Shown here piece by piece: positions 23,420-33,373 of a stretch of 64,000 nucleotides of DNA. The notes beneath the pieces are model-generated. The model did not search any database. It was not told the DNA's origin and saw only the letters and a list, made by a program, of their open reading frames with translations. Made by a program: the position numbers and the translations under genes. Each line of letters starts with the position of its first letter. Position 1 is the first letter of the stretch. Origin of the DNA: Parcubacteria group bacterium Gr01-1014_31 (GTDB lineage: Bacteria; Patescibacteriota; Patescibacteriia; Buchananbacterales; GWA2-38-13); NCBI GenBank assembly GCA_007376135.1, contig VMFR01000001.1, forward strand, positions 379,016-443,015, given 5' to 3'.

Positions 23420-23619
23420 ACGTTTAAAATACTAGGGGAAATCGTACCATTGGTCAATGAATCACGTTTTTTGAAAAACGCAGCATTTTGGAATGGAACA
23501 AACCCCGCACCCCTTCCTCACCGGCGGTCGCGGACTCCCTTGTTGCGGAGGCAGGAGAATGAAAAAATGCCCATCGGTCAACGCCGACGGGCATTCGCAT
23601 CAGGGCGACGACTCGCGCT

Positions 23620-24183
23620 CTAGACTGGAAAGACCCCCAACGCCCGCTGGACCGCTTCCCGTTCATCGGGAAACATGGTAGTCAACTTGCCGAGACAGGC
23701 GAACGGCGCCGAGTCTTGGTAAATCCTTGTCGTGACGCCGTGGACCTTATCGGTCCGGTACAGTTCGTTGATCTTTTTCGCCTCATCGGCGGTCACCAGA
23801 CGGAGCCCGCCGGACGCGGGTCCCAGACGAACCTCCTACAGAAACTGCCACGGCAGTTCCAGATGGTATGTTGCCACCGGCTTGGACGGGTCATCCACCT
23901 GAGTCAGCACGACCTTCTGATCGACCTGGGCGCGCACTCGGCACGCCACTCCGGACCCAAGTTCCTCGGACACCTCGCGGATGAGCGCTTCATCATCGTT
24001 GCGCTCATAGTCCTTGAGCCGTCCGTGGGCGGTCACCTGGCAACCGCCGGGAAACGATTCATTGATGCCATCCGGCAAGTTCGCCGGATTTATCTCCCCG
24101 CGGATCTGCAGCACGGCGACCCTGGTGCCATCGGGTAACACGGTGGTCACCACCAGCCCCACCGAACGTTTTTGGTCGGCCAA
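23620..24183 (-). pseudogene. Nudix-like protein interrupted by a single in-frame TAG (23836-23838)
   Basis: ALIREVSEELG Nudix-like box; frame continues past TAG for 71 sense codons (EVRLGPASGGLRLV...MFPDEREAVQRALGVFPV*). Confidence 0.65.
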
Positions 24184-24268
24184 GGCATGTTCCTTTCAAA
24201 GAATGTCCTCCGGAAATGCGAACGCGGCCGGACCAGCCGTGGCCGCAATGGAAAAGAACCGACTTCCC

Positions 24269-24297
24269 AGGGTAGCCGAGACTTCGGTCTTTGTCAA
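24269..24297 (-). promoter_or_regulatory. Sigma70 promoter for the Nudix-like gene
   Basis: TTGACA-N17-TACCCT on minus strand. Confidence 0.5.
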
Positions 24298-24300
24298 TGC

Positions 24301-24328
24301 AAAAAAACCGCGGCCTTCTGCCGCAGTT
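24301..24328 (-). terminator. Intrinsic terminator after asnB
   Basis: minus strand aactgcggc-agaag-gccgcggtt then U tract. Confidence 0.7.
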
Positions 24329-24345
24329 GCTCGCTGGTCCTGCAG

Positions 24346-26211
24346 CTATTTCAACCACCGCCGGTGCCAGAGCTGAAAGCACATCAGCGTCCAGAGCTCC
24401 TTGTAGCGATTGGCGCGGCCGCTCTGGTGGTCGGACATCAACCGGGCAACCGCGGCGGGCTGGAAAATATTTTGGCGCTTGAGCGCGTCGGCGGACAAAA
24501 GTTCCTGTGCCAATGGTTTGAGGTCGGTGCGCAGCCAGGAACCGATGGGCACGGCAAACCCCTGCTTGCGCCGCGCCCCGATACCGGCCGGCAGGCGGTC
24601 GGCCATCAGGCGCTTCAGCAGGTACTTGGTCGTGAAGCGGCGCAGCCGCAACGAGGGCGGCAAGCTGGCGACGAACTCCACGATGCGGTAATCCAAAAGC
24701 GGGGCGCGCACCTCGAGCGACGAATACATCGAGGCACGGTCCACCTTGGCGAGGATATCATCCTGCAGGTAGCCCTTGAGGTACCAGTACGTCAGCCGCG
24801 TCCAGTGCTCCAGCGCGGCGCGGCCGGTCAATTGCCCGGTGGGGTCGGCGATCGCGTCCCCGCGGCACTGCTCGCGCGCGTCGTCGGTCAACAGTTTGGA
24901 CAGCTGATCATTCCGGAACGACCCGATCCACGCCTGATGCCACTGGTCGTGCGGGTACTGCAGTCCGGCAATGAACCGCTGGGCTTTGTAGCGCCAAGTC
25001 AGGTAATCGTACGAACGCGGACGCATACGCTCGGCCAGCTCATTGAGCCTCCGCCACAGCAACGGCATCGGCGGCAGCGCGTGCGCGATACGCTCGGCCT
25101 GGAACGTCGGATAGCCCAGGAAAAGTTCATCGCCGCCATCGCCGCCCAGCACCACCGTCACCTGGCGGCGCGCGAATTGCGACAGCAGGTAGGTGGGAAT
25201 GAGCGACGGATCGGCGAACGGTTCGTCGGTCAGGTCCGCCAGCTTGGGCACCAGCTCCAACGCCTGCGCGGGTCGCAACACCTGCTCGTAGTGTTCCGTG
25301 CCGAGGTGCTGCGCCACCCGCCGGGCGAAACTTGACTCATCGAACGTCGCTTCGGTGAACCCGATGGAGAACGTTTTGACGGGGCGCGAGCTTGCCGCCT
25401 GCGCGTAGTAGGCAATGGTGCTCGAGTCAATGCCGCCGGACAGGAAAATGCCCAGCGGCACGTCGGAAACCAAACGGCGCTTCACGGCATCGGCGAGCAA
25501 CGTATCCAACCGCGGCAGGGCTTCGGCCAGGGTGATACGCTCGGTATGCAGCGGTACGTCCCAATAGCGGGCGACCTGCGGCTCGCGCCCGGACTGGTAC
25601 TCCAAGTAACTTCCCTCCGGCAGCTTGCGCATGCCGGCAAATATCGCGCGAGGCGTAGGCACGTACTCGCGCAGAAGATACTGCGCCAGGCTCAACCAGT
25701 CCAGCTCGCGGGGGACCAACGGGTGCTGCAACAGCGCCTTGGGCTCGGAGCCATACACCATTGTTCCCTGCCATAGCCCCCAGTACAGCGGCTTTTTCCC
25801 CAGGCGGTCACGGGCCAAAACGATCCGCTGGCTCTTTCCATCCCACAGAGCGACGGCGAACATCCCGTTCATTTTTGCGAACACTTCGCTCCCCCACTGC
25901 TCATACCCGTGCACGATAACCTCGGTGTCCGATTGCGTTGCAAAATGGTGTCCGGCACGCTGCAACTCCGTTTTCAGCTCGCGGTAGTTGTAGATCTCGC
26001 CATTGAAGGTGACCGCAACGGATTTGTCCTCGTTGAACATCGGCTGATGGCCGCCAGCGAGGTCAATGATGGACAATCGGCGGAACCCCAGGCCCACGCC
26101 CTCACTAATAAAAAAACCGTCGTCATCGGGCCCGCGATGGGCAATGACGTCGGTCATCCGCTTCAGGATGGGCTGGTCACCCTGGCCAACGTAGCCGGCA
26201 ATGCCGCACAT
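24346..26211 (-). CDS. asnB: Asparagine synthase (glutamine-hydrolysing)-family amidotransferase
   Basis: MCGIAG, HRGPDD, FNGEIYNY, LSGGIDSS, GDGGDELF, KVDRASM. Confidence 0.93.
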   Translation of the reverse strand: MCGIAGYVGQGDQPILKRMTDVIAHRGPDDDGFFISEGVGLGFRRLSIIDLAGGHQPMFNEDKSVAVTFNGEIYNYRELKTELQRAGHHFATQSDTEVIVHGYEQWGSEVFAKMNGMFAVALWDGKSQRIVLARDRLGKKPLYWGLWQGTMVYGSEPKALLQHPLVPRELDWLSLAQYLLREYVPTPRAIFAGMRKLPEGSYLEYQSGREPQVARYWDVPLHTERITLAEALPRLDTLLADAVKRRLVSDVPLGIFLSGGIDSSTIAYYAQAASSRPVKTFSIGFTEATFDESSFARRVAQHLGTEHYEQVLRPAQALELVPKLADLTDEPFADPSLIPTYLLSQFARRQVTVVLGGDGGDELFLGYPTFQAERIAHALPPMPLLWRRLNELAERMRPRSYDYLTWRYKAQRFIAGLQYPHDQWHQAWIGSFRNDQLSKLLTDDAREQCRGDAIADPTGQLTGRAALEHWTRLTYWYLKGYLQDDILAKVDRASMYSSLEVRAPLLDYRIVEFVASLPPSLRLRRFTTKYLLKRLMADRLPAGIGARRKQGFAVPIGSWLRTDLKPLAQELLSADALKRQNIFQPAAVARLMSDHQSGRANRYKELWTLMCFQLWHRRWLK

Positions 26212-26216
26212 AGAAT

Positions 26217-26297
26217 TCGTGCTCTGTGCTCAGTTCCCTGTGCACCGTACCGCCGAACGTACCGTCACGGAGCAGTGAGCACTGTGCACGGAGCACT
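26217..26297. repeat. 7-nt-periodic inverted repeat element (GTGCTCn / nGAGCAC)
   Basis: gtgctctgtgctcagttccctgtgcacc ... cggagcagtgagcactgtgcacggagcac. Confidence 0.7.
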
Positions 26298-27237
26298 AAA
26301 AATTAATCTCTTCTTTCACCGCGTAGATCGGCTTATTCTGCGCCTCGTGGTGCATGCGCATCACCAGTTCCGCCAGCAGCCCGATGAGCACGAGCAGCAC
26401 CCCGACCAGCACGAACAGCGCGGTCAGCACCGGCAGCGGTGTTTCCACGAAATCTTTCTGACCGGTGGCCTTGAAGTAGACGGCAATCGCTGCCGCCAGC
26501 ACGCCGACGGCAAACGACCAAAACCCGATCTTGCCGAAGAAGTACATCGGCTTGGCCGAATAGTCGTTGAGGAACTTCAGGGTCACCAAGTCCAGCAAGA
26601 CTTTCGGGATGCGCGAAATGCCATACTTGGACGCACCGAACTGCCGCGGCCGGTAGGCAACGGACAGTTCCGCCACGCGCGCGCCCTGCCAGCCTGCCAG
26701 GGCGGGGATGAAACGGTGCATTTCGCCGTACAGGCGCACGCCCTTGATAATATCGGCGCGGTAGGCCTTCATCGTGCAGCCGTAGTCGTGGAGGTGGACC
26801 TTGGACACCCGCGAGATGAGCCAGTTGGCAGCTAGGGACGTCAGACGGCGCGTGACCGGGTTTTCCGTCCAGCGCTCCTGCCGCCAGCCCGACACGATGT
26901 CATAACCTTCATCCAATTTCGCAATGAGTTTCGGAATATCCGCTGGGTCATTCTCCAAGTCCGCGTCCATCGGCACGATAACTTCGCCATGCGCGCGGTC
27001 CACGCCGGCGGCAATCGCGGCGGTTTGCCCGAAGTTGCGACGAAAGGTTACGACCTTCACGCGCCGGTCGGCGGCTGCCAGTTTCCGCAGGACCTCAAGG
27101 CTCCCGTCGGTGGAGCCGTCGTTGACAAAGACTGCTTCAAATTCACCGGCGGCAGCCAAGGCCGCCGTTATCTTTTCCCACAGCGGAGGCAAAGATTCGG
27201 CCTCATTGAAGACCGGGATGACGAGAGAAATGCGCAT
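26296..27237 (-). CDS. Glycosyltransferase family 2 (ArnC-like)
   Basis: IPVFNEA, NDGSTD, RRNFGQTAA, DADLEND, LYGEMHRFIP. Confidence 0.93.
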   Translation of the reverse strand: MRISLVIPVFNEAESLPPLWEKITAALAAAGEFEAVFVNDGSTDGSLEVLRKLAAADRRVKVVTFRRNFGQTAAIAAGVDRAHGEVIVPMDADLENDPADIPKLIAKLDEGYDIVSGWRQERWTENPVTRRLTSLAANWLISRVSKVHLHDYGCTMKAYRADIIKGVRLYGEMHRFIPALAGWQGARVAELSVAYRPRQFGASKYGISRIPKVLLDLVTLKFLNDYSAKPMYFFGKIGFWSFAVGVLAAAIAVYFKATGQKDFVETPLPVLTALFVLVGVLLVLIGLLAELVMRMHHEAQNKPIYAVKEEINF

Positions 27238-27269
27238 AGCTTCAGACAACCAAACAACCTACCAGAAAA

Positions 27270-28409
27270 TCACGCTTTTGGCAATGCGTTCAGGGCGGCA
27301 AGGATAGTCGTTGCGCGCCCGTCCCACGTGTAGCGCTCCGCGAGTTTTTTTGCCGCGCCCTCGCGCGCGGACTGGTCATACTCCCCTGCTTCGCGGATGG
27401 CGCGCGCCAGATCCTGCGGGTCGTCGGGTTTGGCAAACACGACTTCCTTTTCGCTGACGATCTCACGGATGCTGGACAGGTCCGACGCGACAATGGGCCG
27501 TCCCGCCGCCAGATACTCGAACAACTTCAGCGGTGACGTGTAAAGGCGGGAGCGTTCGGTTTTCGCAGAATTGGGAATGACCAACACGTCAGCGGCGGCC
27601 AGCCAAAGCGGCACTTGGGTACGCGGTTGGTGGGTAACCACCTTGACGTTGGTAACTCCGATTTTTTGGCAATAGGACTGCAAAGCCGCCGCGTCCGGAC
27701 CCAGACCACCGACCATGACCACGAGCCAATCTTTAGCGGGCAGGCCGCCAGCCGCCTCGGCTAATGCTTGAACCCCTTTCCACTCATAGAAATGACCGAC
27801 ATACACCGCGATCTTCCGATCGCGGGGCAGGTAAAGCTGGTCGCGGGATGCGTCTTGGGATGGGAAAAACTCGACCACATCGCTTGCGTCCGGCGTGAGA
27901 ACCAACTTGCCCGCCGGTACCGAATATTGCCGCGCCACGCCAACTCCAAGGGCGCGCGAGATGACCGCGATGAGGGCCGCGCGCGTAAGTAATGAACGAT
28001 ATTTTCGCTTGGGCAGGCTATGTAGCTCTACTCCCACCCGCATCGGGAGCGGTCCGAGCAACCATAGAATAAGTTCATCACGACCCCACACGAAGTCGGC
28101 AGGATGCGAACGCAAATATTTCTTGACCGCGCGGGCAAAGGTGAATGACTCGATCCAAAACCCCAGGGAGCCAACCAGCCGCCGCGCGACCCCAACCAAG
28201 TCAACCACAGGCAGGCGCACAATGGGAAAGCGCTGCGCGATGCCGTAGCACGTGAACGGGTCGGTTTTTCCTAACGGATTACGGCGTGCCGGAACCACCA
28301 GCGTCACCTCCGCGCCTTGGGCCGTAAGTGCCGCGCAGGTGCGCATGATCTGATAGCCGTGCGCTTTTTCGGTCGGCAACCGGATGTTGGCGATGTAGGC
28401 GATTTTCAT
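27270..28409 (-). CDS. Glycosyltransferase family 4
   Basis: RLPTEKAHG, WKGV, SPLKLFEYLAAGRPIV. Confidence 0.9.
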   Translation of the reverse strand: MKIAYIANIRLPTEKAHGYQIMRTCAALTAQGAEVTLVVPARRNPLGKTDPFTCYGIAQRFPIVRLPVVDLVGVARRLVGSLGFWIESFTFARAVKKYLRSHPADFVWGRDELILWLLGPLPMRVGVELHSLPKRKYRSLLTRAALIAVISRALGVGVARQYSVPAGKLVLTPDASDVVEFFPSQDASRDQLYLPRDRKIAVYVGHFYEWKGVQALAEAAGGLPAKDWLVVMVGGLGPDAAALQSYCQKIGVTNVKVVTHQPRTQVPLWLAAADVLVIPNSAKTERSRLYTSPLKLFEYLAAGRPIVASDLSSIREIVSEKEVVFAKPDDPQDLARAIREAGEYDQSAREGAAKKLAERYTWDGRATTILAALNALPKA

Positions 28410-30067
28410 AGCGACGAAATAGGGATCTCAAAGACCGTCACCGTCGGGCCGAGATTGCGAGCCGGAAAAATAGTGTACACGGGCTGGAGGAAATTACCGT
28501 TGACGTCGGAAATCTGTGCGGGGAATCGCTGCACTACGCGCGCGCCCGCCGCAATGAGCGCCGTTGTTTCCAGGCGCACGGTCGGCGCGTCCTCAACGAT
28601 CAGGAAACGAAAACCCGCGCGTTCCAGTGTTGGCGCGCTCAAGTCCGCCGCAAGGTCCACGGACAGAAAATGCAGCGGCAGAATTTCATACGAAGGTTGC
28701 GGGTAGCGTTCGTCGGGTACTTCCAAAAGCGTTCGGTCTTCCTGGCGCAACGATGCCGCGTCCAGCTCACGCTGCTGCGTGATGGAATCCTTCGTCGGCG
28801 TCAAGCGGAAGGTGGTGACGTCGGTGACGACCCGCGTCCCGGCGGGGATATTGTCCTGCACCCATGCGACCGCCTGCTGCCGAGTGTCCGGCTGGGTCAG
28901 GAGCCACAGGTACTTGCCGCTGACAGCGAGCGGGAACGCGAATACCAGCGCCAGCAGGCTCAGCGCGCTCGATTGCGCGAACGCCTTGGCACGGCCGTAG
29001 AGTTCGCTTAAGCCAAACCCGGCGACCACGGAAAGCAGCGGCAGGATGAGGAGCAGGTAGCGCACCTCGTCGTGGAAAATAAGGTACAACACCGTCAAGT
29101 ACGCGAACGGCATCACCGTCAGGAGCGCGAACGCCCGGCGTGATGCGCGCCAGACGAACGGCAGCCCCAGCAGCGTCAAAATGAACAGCGCCGGTTCCAA
29201 TTGCCAGTAATTGCGCAGGTGAAAGCCGTAGGACGCCAGCAGCCCGAACAAACTCTTGCTCGATCCGGCGCCGGAATCCTCGCCGAACGCGATGCGCCAG
29301 AACTCCTGCGGATGCAGAGCGACGAATAGGACGGCGATTCCTGCCGCGATACCCACCGACCACAGCAGGTCGCGATGAAGTATTCTTTTCCGGGTCTGCG
29401 GGTTGAGCCAATGCGCGATGCCGATCAGCAGCAGCGCGAGCAGCGGGATGTAACTGACGCCAAATCCCAACCCCGCGGCAACGCCGGCAAGCACGTAATC
29501 GCGCCGGCTCCCGCCGCGCGCGATGCGGGCGGCAAAGATGGCGACTACCGTAACGGCCAGCGTCGCCCCCACCCAATGCCGGATGAAGTGCGACAGCTGC
29601 ACATGCAGGAACGAAACGCTCAAAAGCGCGGCGGAAAGCAAGCCGGCGCGGCGGTCGAAAAATTCGCGCGCCAGGCGGTAGGTCGCGTACACCGTGACGG
29701 TGCCGAGCATCGCGGCAACCACCCGAGCGGTTACCCAGATCAGCGTCGGGTCTAACACCATACCCTGCACGAACGTAGCAACGTCGGCAGCGCCAGAGAA
29801 CAGATAGCCCACGCCCAAAGTCGTTCCCAACGGCGCCAAAACCAGGTACGGAAGCAACGGCGGGTAGTAGAGCGGACGGAACGCTTCCGGGTGCAGCACG
29901 GGAAGCAGGGTCTTTAACTGCAGCATTTTGAGAGCGCCCAGCACCATCGCCGGCTCATCGCCGACGAACACGTATGGCAAGCCGTAGGCAATACCCACCA
30001 TGCGCAGCAACAGTGCCGCCGCTATGATGGTAGTCAACACTCGATGTCGTCGCACCCAGGGCCACAT
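28406..30067 (-). CDS. GT-C fold membrane glycosyltransferase (PMT/ArnT-like)
   Basis: GLPY..GDE in first loop, YYPPL, multiple TMs, RYLL, DTRQQAVAW. Confidence 0.8.
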   Translation of the reverse strand: MWPWVRRHRVLTTIIAAALLLRMVGIAYGLPYVFVGDEPAMVLGALKMLQLKTLLPVLHPEAFRPLYYPPLLPYLVLAPLGTTLGVGYLFSGAADVATFVQGMVLDPTLIWVTARVVAAMLGTVTVYATYRLAREFFDRRAGLLSAALLSVSFLHVQLSHFIRHWVGATLAVTVVAIFAARIARGGSRRDYVLAGVAAGLGFGVSYIPLLALLLIGIAHWLNPQTRKRILHRDLLWSVGIAAGIAVLFVALHPQEFWRIAFGEDSGAGSSKSLFGLLASYGFHLRNYWQLEPALFILTLLGLPFVWRASRRAFALLTVMPFAYLTVLYLIFHDEVRYLLLILPLLSVVAGFGLSELYGRAKAFAQSSALSLLALVFAFPLAVSGKYLWLLTQPDTRQQAVAWVQDNIPAGTRVVTDVTTFRLTPTKDSITQQRELDAASLRQEDRTLLEVPDERYPQPSYEILPLHFLSVDLAADLSAPTLERAGFRFLIVEDAPTVRLETTALIAAGARVVQRFPAQISDVNGNFLQPVYTIFPARNLGPTVTVFEIPISSL

Positions 30068-30072
30068 AGTAT

Positions 30073-31140
30073 TTACGCGTTCGCTATTCCGCGCTCCCGC
30101 AACGCACTCAGGAGTGTAGCGCCGATCGTTAGCGGAGTTAAACGCTCGGCCACCAGACGACGGGCCTGCTCCCCGAGCCGATTTCGCAACGGCGCATCCG
30201 CGAATAACCTCCGAATGCTGGCAGCCAAGTCCTCTGGATCATTGGCGCGGCAAAACACAACTTCCTGGCGGTCGGTCAAAAGCTCCTCCATCCCGGGCAA
30301 ACGGGCGGTCAACACCGGCTTGCCGACCGCCATGGCTTCAAAAATTTTATTAGGGATGACCGGCCGGTCGCCGGAGCCAAAGACCCCCAGGCACAGGTCG
30401 GCCCGCTCCAGATACCCCCGCAGCGTCGGGTAATCCACGTCGTCGAGGAATTCCACGTTGGCGAGGTGCAACTCCTTGGCCAATGCCGCCACGCGCGGAT
30501 ATTCCTGGCCGCGGCCGATCAGCGTGAAGCGTACGGGCAGATCGGCAAGCTTCGCTGCCGCGCGCACGATGACGTCGGCCCCCTGGAACGGCGAATAATG
30601 GCCATGGAAATGCACGGCGAATTTTTCGGCGGCTTTTGGCGGAACCGGGACAGCCGAAAAATCCTGCAGGTCACAGCCGACATACACGACCGCAAAGCGG
30701 TTCCGCGGCACGCGCGTGATCCGCGCCAGGTAATCGGCGTGCGCTACTGTGTCCATCAACACCACGCGCGCCAGCCGGCACGACAGCCAGTCAAGAAAAA
30801 AATAGTACGCCGCGCGGAAGCTCAACGGCCTGACCTGCCGCCGCGCGACGACCAGCGCCTGGTACTGGGATGTGAACGCGTCGAACACCACCGGCACGCC
30901 GAGACGCTTGCCGATAACCCACGCCAACGGCATCACCGTGTGGCCGGGAAAACCGACCAGCAGAAGGTCAATGCGTCCGCGCAACCCGCGGCTCCCACGC
31001 CACAAGGCAAACCACTTGCGCACGCCGTGTTCCCGCGTGTGGCAATCCAACACCGCCACACCGTGCTGCTGCAGGCCCTTGCGCAGGATGCGCTGACGAG
31101 GGTAGTCCAACTTGTAGGTGCCAAAGAACCCGATGGTCAT
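30073..31140 (-). CDS. Glycosyltransferase family 4
   Basis: YPRQRIL, LGVFG, IPNKIFEAMAVGKP. Confidence 0.9.
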   Translation of the reverse strand: MTIGFFGTYKLDYPRQRILRKGLQQHGVAVLDCHTREHGVRKWFALWRGSRGLRGRIDLLLVGFPGHTVMPLAWVIGKRLGVPVVFDAFTSQYQALVVARRQVRPLSFRAAYYFFLDWLSCRLARVVLMDTVAHADYLARITRVPRNRFAVVYVGCDLQDFSAVPVPPKAAEKFAVHFHGHYSPFQGADVIVRAAAKLADLPVRFTLIGRGQEYPRVAALAKELHLANVEFLDDVDYPTLRGYLERADLCLGVFGSGDRPVIPNKIFEAMAVGKPVLTARLPGMEELLTDRQEVVFCRANDPEDLAASIRRLFADAPLRNRLGEQARRLVAERLTPLTIGATLLSALRERGIANA

Positions 31141-32213
31141 ACTGCCGAAGTACTTCCGCCACGACACGCGGCAACGATCTTAACGGCCAACGCCGGCAGA
31201 CTGTGGTCGCGCGCGACGGCGGCGCGCAAGCGCTCCCCCAGCGCACGGCGTTGCAATACGTCCCACCCCTGCACGCGGCGCAGGGCATCCGCCAAAAGTT
31301 GAGGGTTATTGGGCACTACCAGCAAGTCGGATGGCACCAGCGTGCGGAACGCGGCATTGGAGGTCACCAACGGCAACCCGCAGGCCATCGCTTCCAAACC
31401 GGCTTTGTCCACGCTGCCGGTTCCGCTCAAATTCACCATGACATCGGCGCGCTGATAATGAGCGGCGACGCGCTCGTTGGCCACCGGCCCAGGAAAGCGC
31501 ACCGCGTCCTTCAGCCCCAAACGCTGGGTCATGGAACGCAAACTTTCAAAATACTCCTGATGTTGCGGCAGTCCGGGACCGCCAACGATCTCGCAGATCA
31601 CCCCTGCAAGCCCCGCCTTTCGCAGTACTGCGACGGCTTGGATCAACGTTTCATAATCCTTGGTCGGCGAGATGCGGCCGACCGACACGATGCGAAATTG
31701 GCCGTCCGGCTGGCGAGGCTGCGGCCGGAACATATCCAGATCGATACCGTGGCCGGTCACCCTTACCTTGCGCGAATGCACGCGAAAACTCTCCGGGGAT
31801 GCCGTCAGCACCGCGTCCACGAGGTGCGCCATCAGACGCGTCTTCCACGTTACCGTGCCGTGGACATACCAGGCCACGACCCGCCGACCAAGCAGCTTGG
31901 CGATCGGCCACACCGCCAGCGCGTACTCCGGATTCTGATGACAGAACACCGCATGGCTGCGGGCGACCAGCGGCCAAGCCGCCGCAGGAAAACGCCCCCA
32001 GCGACGGAGGCGGGAAACCCCGCGCTCCTTTCCCAACGAGTGGACGGAAACGTTCTCCGGCAGTCCGCTGACGTCCCCCTGCTGCAGACAGAGCACCGAC
32101 AGGTGACCGTGGGTGCGTGCGACCTCCTGCGCCAAGGCCTGGACCCAGCGGTGCGTGTGCCCGGCATGGGAATCGAGGCGGTCAACCTTGCGCGTGATCA
32201 TCAACAAGTTCAT
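31137..32213 (-). CDS. Glycosyltransferase family 4
   Basis: VGRISPTK, GSVDKAGLEAMACG. Confidence 0.9.
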   Translation of the reverse strand: MNLLMITRKVDRLDSHAGHTHRWVQALAQEVARTHGHLSVLCLQQGDVSGLPENVSVHSLGKERGVSRLRRWGRFPAAAWPLVARSHAVFCHQNPEYALAVWPIAKLLGRRVVAWYVHGTVTWKTRLMAHLVDAVLTASPESFRVHSRKVRVTGHGIDLDMFRPQPRQPDGQFRIVSVGRISPTKDYETLIQAVAVLRKAGLAGVICEIVGGPGLPQHQEYFESLRSMTQRLGLKDAVRFPGPVANERVAAHYQRADVMVNLSGTGSVDKAGLEAMACGLPLVTSNAAFRTLVPSDLLVVPNNPQLLADALRRVQGWDVLQRRALGERLRAAVARDHSLPALAVKIVAACRGGSTSAV

Positions 32214-33373
32214 GGCGTTGGTGCGGTCAGCTCGCGCCAGAACTGGGTGACGGCGCGCAAGCTGGTGGCGCCATCGAACCGCTCGGCCACGAGCGCCTGG
32301 CCGCGCTCGCCCATCGCGCGCGCCAGGTCGGGATTTTCCAGCAGGTGAACGATCTTTTCCGCCAGCGCTTCGGGGTCCCCGATCGGCGCCAGGTACCCGT
32401 TCACGCCGGGCCGCACGATCTCCTTGCTCCCGGTGGTGTCGGTCGCGACGAGCGGCACGCCGGCGGCGTTCGCCTCGATGAGCACTTTACCGAAACTCTC
32501 ATGCCGCGAAGAGGAGACAAAGACGTTGGCGGCATGGTAGGCCGCGATCAATTGGTCCTGCGGCAGACGGGCGCGGGCGCTGACCGTGAGGCGGGCGGAC
32601 GGCGATGCGATCTTGGCGGCGATATCCTCGGCCGGCAAGCCCGCGCCCAACTGCGCCAGATGCACCACGCCCTCGTAGCGACGGCACACGGCAGCGATCG
32701 CCGCAAAGAGCGTCGGGTAATCCTTGGCGGGGTCATTGCGCCCGACCGACAGCAGCACCTTGGCGCCGTCCGGGATGCCATGTTCGCGCCGGAACTGGGC
32801 CACCGCCTCCGGCGCGACCGCGCTGAATTTACTCGCGTCCACGGGCGTGGGAATGACGCGGATGCGGTTGCGCGGGATGCCGAAACGCACCAGCTTGTCG
32901 GCGATGCCCTGGCTGACGGCGCGCAGCCCGTCAGCCTGGCGCACCACGGACTTCGCGAACGGCAGGAGAAACCGGTTCATCACGGCATCGGCCATCCAGT
33001 GGGGATTGTCAAAAAAATCGCCGTGGAAATGCACCAACAGCTTGCTGGCATGACGGCGCTTCATATGCGCGCCGATCAGTCCGGTCAGGAACGGGTCCTG
33101 CGTCACGACCAGGTCGTAGTTATGCCGGGCAAACAGCCCATCCGCCAGCCGGATACCGTCGGTCAAATAGAGCCAAGGTGAAATGGAATTCGTGGGGTGC
33201 GTTTGCACGTTCGGGGAGAGCGCGAACGGCGCACAACCCCGGCCGGACAGCACAACAATATCGAGCCGCTCTACTCCCGGTTGTTCTCCGTAGGCGCGGT
33301 GGCGGGCAACCACGTCGCCCAGCTGTCCCCGACCCAATAGTCCCTTGTCCAGACTCACCATGAGGATCTTCAT
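32210..33373 (-). CDS. Glycosyltransferase family 4
   Basis: QDPF, ESFGKVLIEA (EX7E). Confidence 0.9.
   Translation of the reverse strand: MKILMVSLDKGLLGRGQLGDVVARHRAYGEQPGVERLDIVVLSGRGCAPFALSPNVQTHPTNSISPWLYLTDGIRLADGLFARHNYDLVVTQDPFLTGLIGAHMKRRHASKLLVHFHGDFFDNPHWMADAVMNRFLLPFAKSVVRQADGLRAVSQGIADKLVRFGIPRNRIRVIPTPVDASKFSAVAPEAVAQFRREHGIPDGAKVLLSVGRNDPAKDYPTLFAAIAAVCRRYEGVVHLAQLGAGLPAEDIAAKIASPSARLTVSARARLPQDQLIAAYHAANVFVSSSRHESFGKVLIEANAAGVPLVATDTTGSKEIVRPGVNGYLAPIGDPEALAEKIVHLLENPDLARAMGERGQALVAERFDGATSLRAVTQFWRELTAPTP

Noticed and set aside
23420-23619. Short ORFs or ncRNA upstream of rfbF
   Set aside because: No recognisable protein or RNA motif; only a plausible TTGACC-N17-TAGTAT promoter for rfbF
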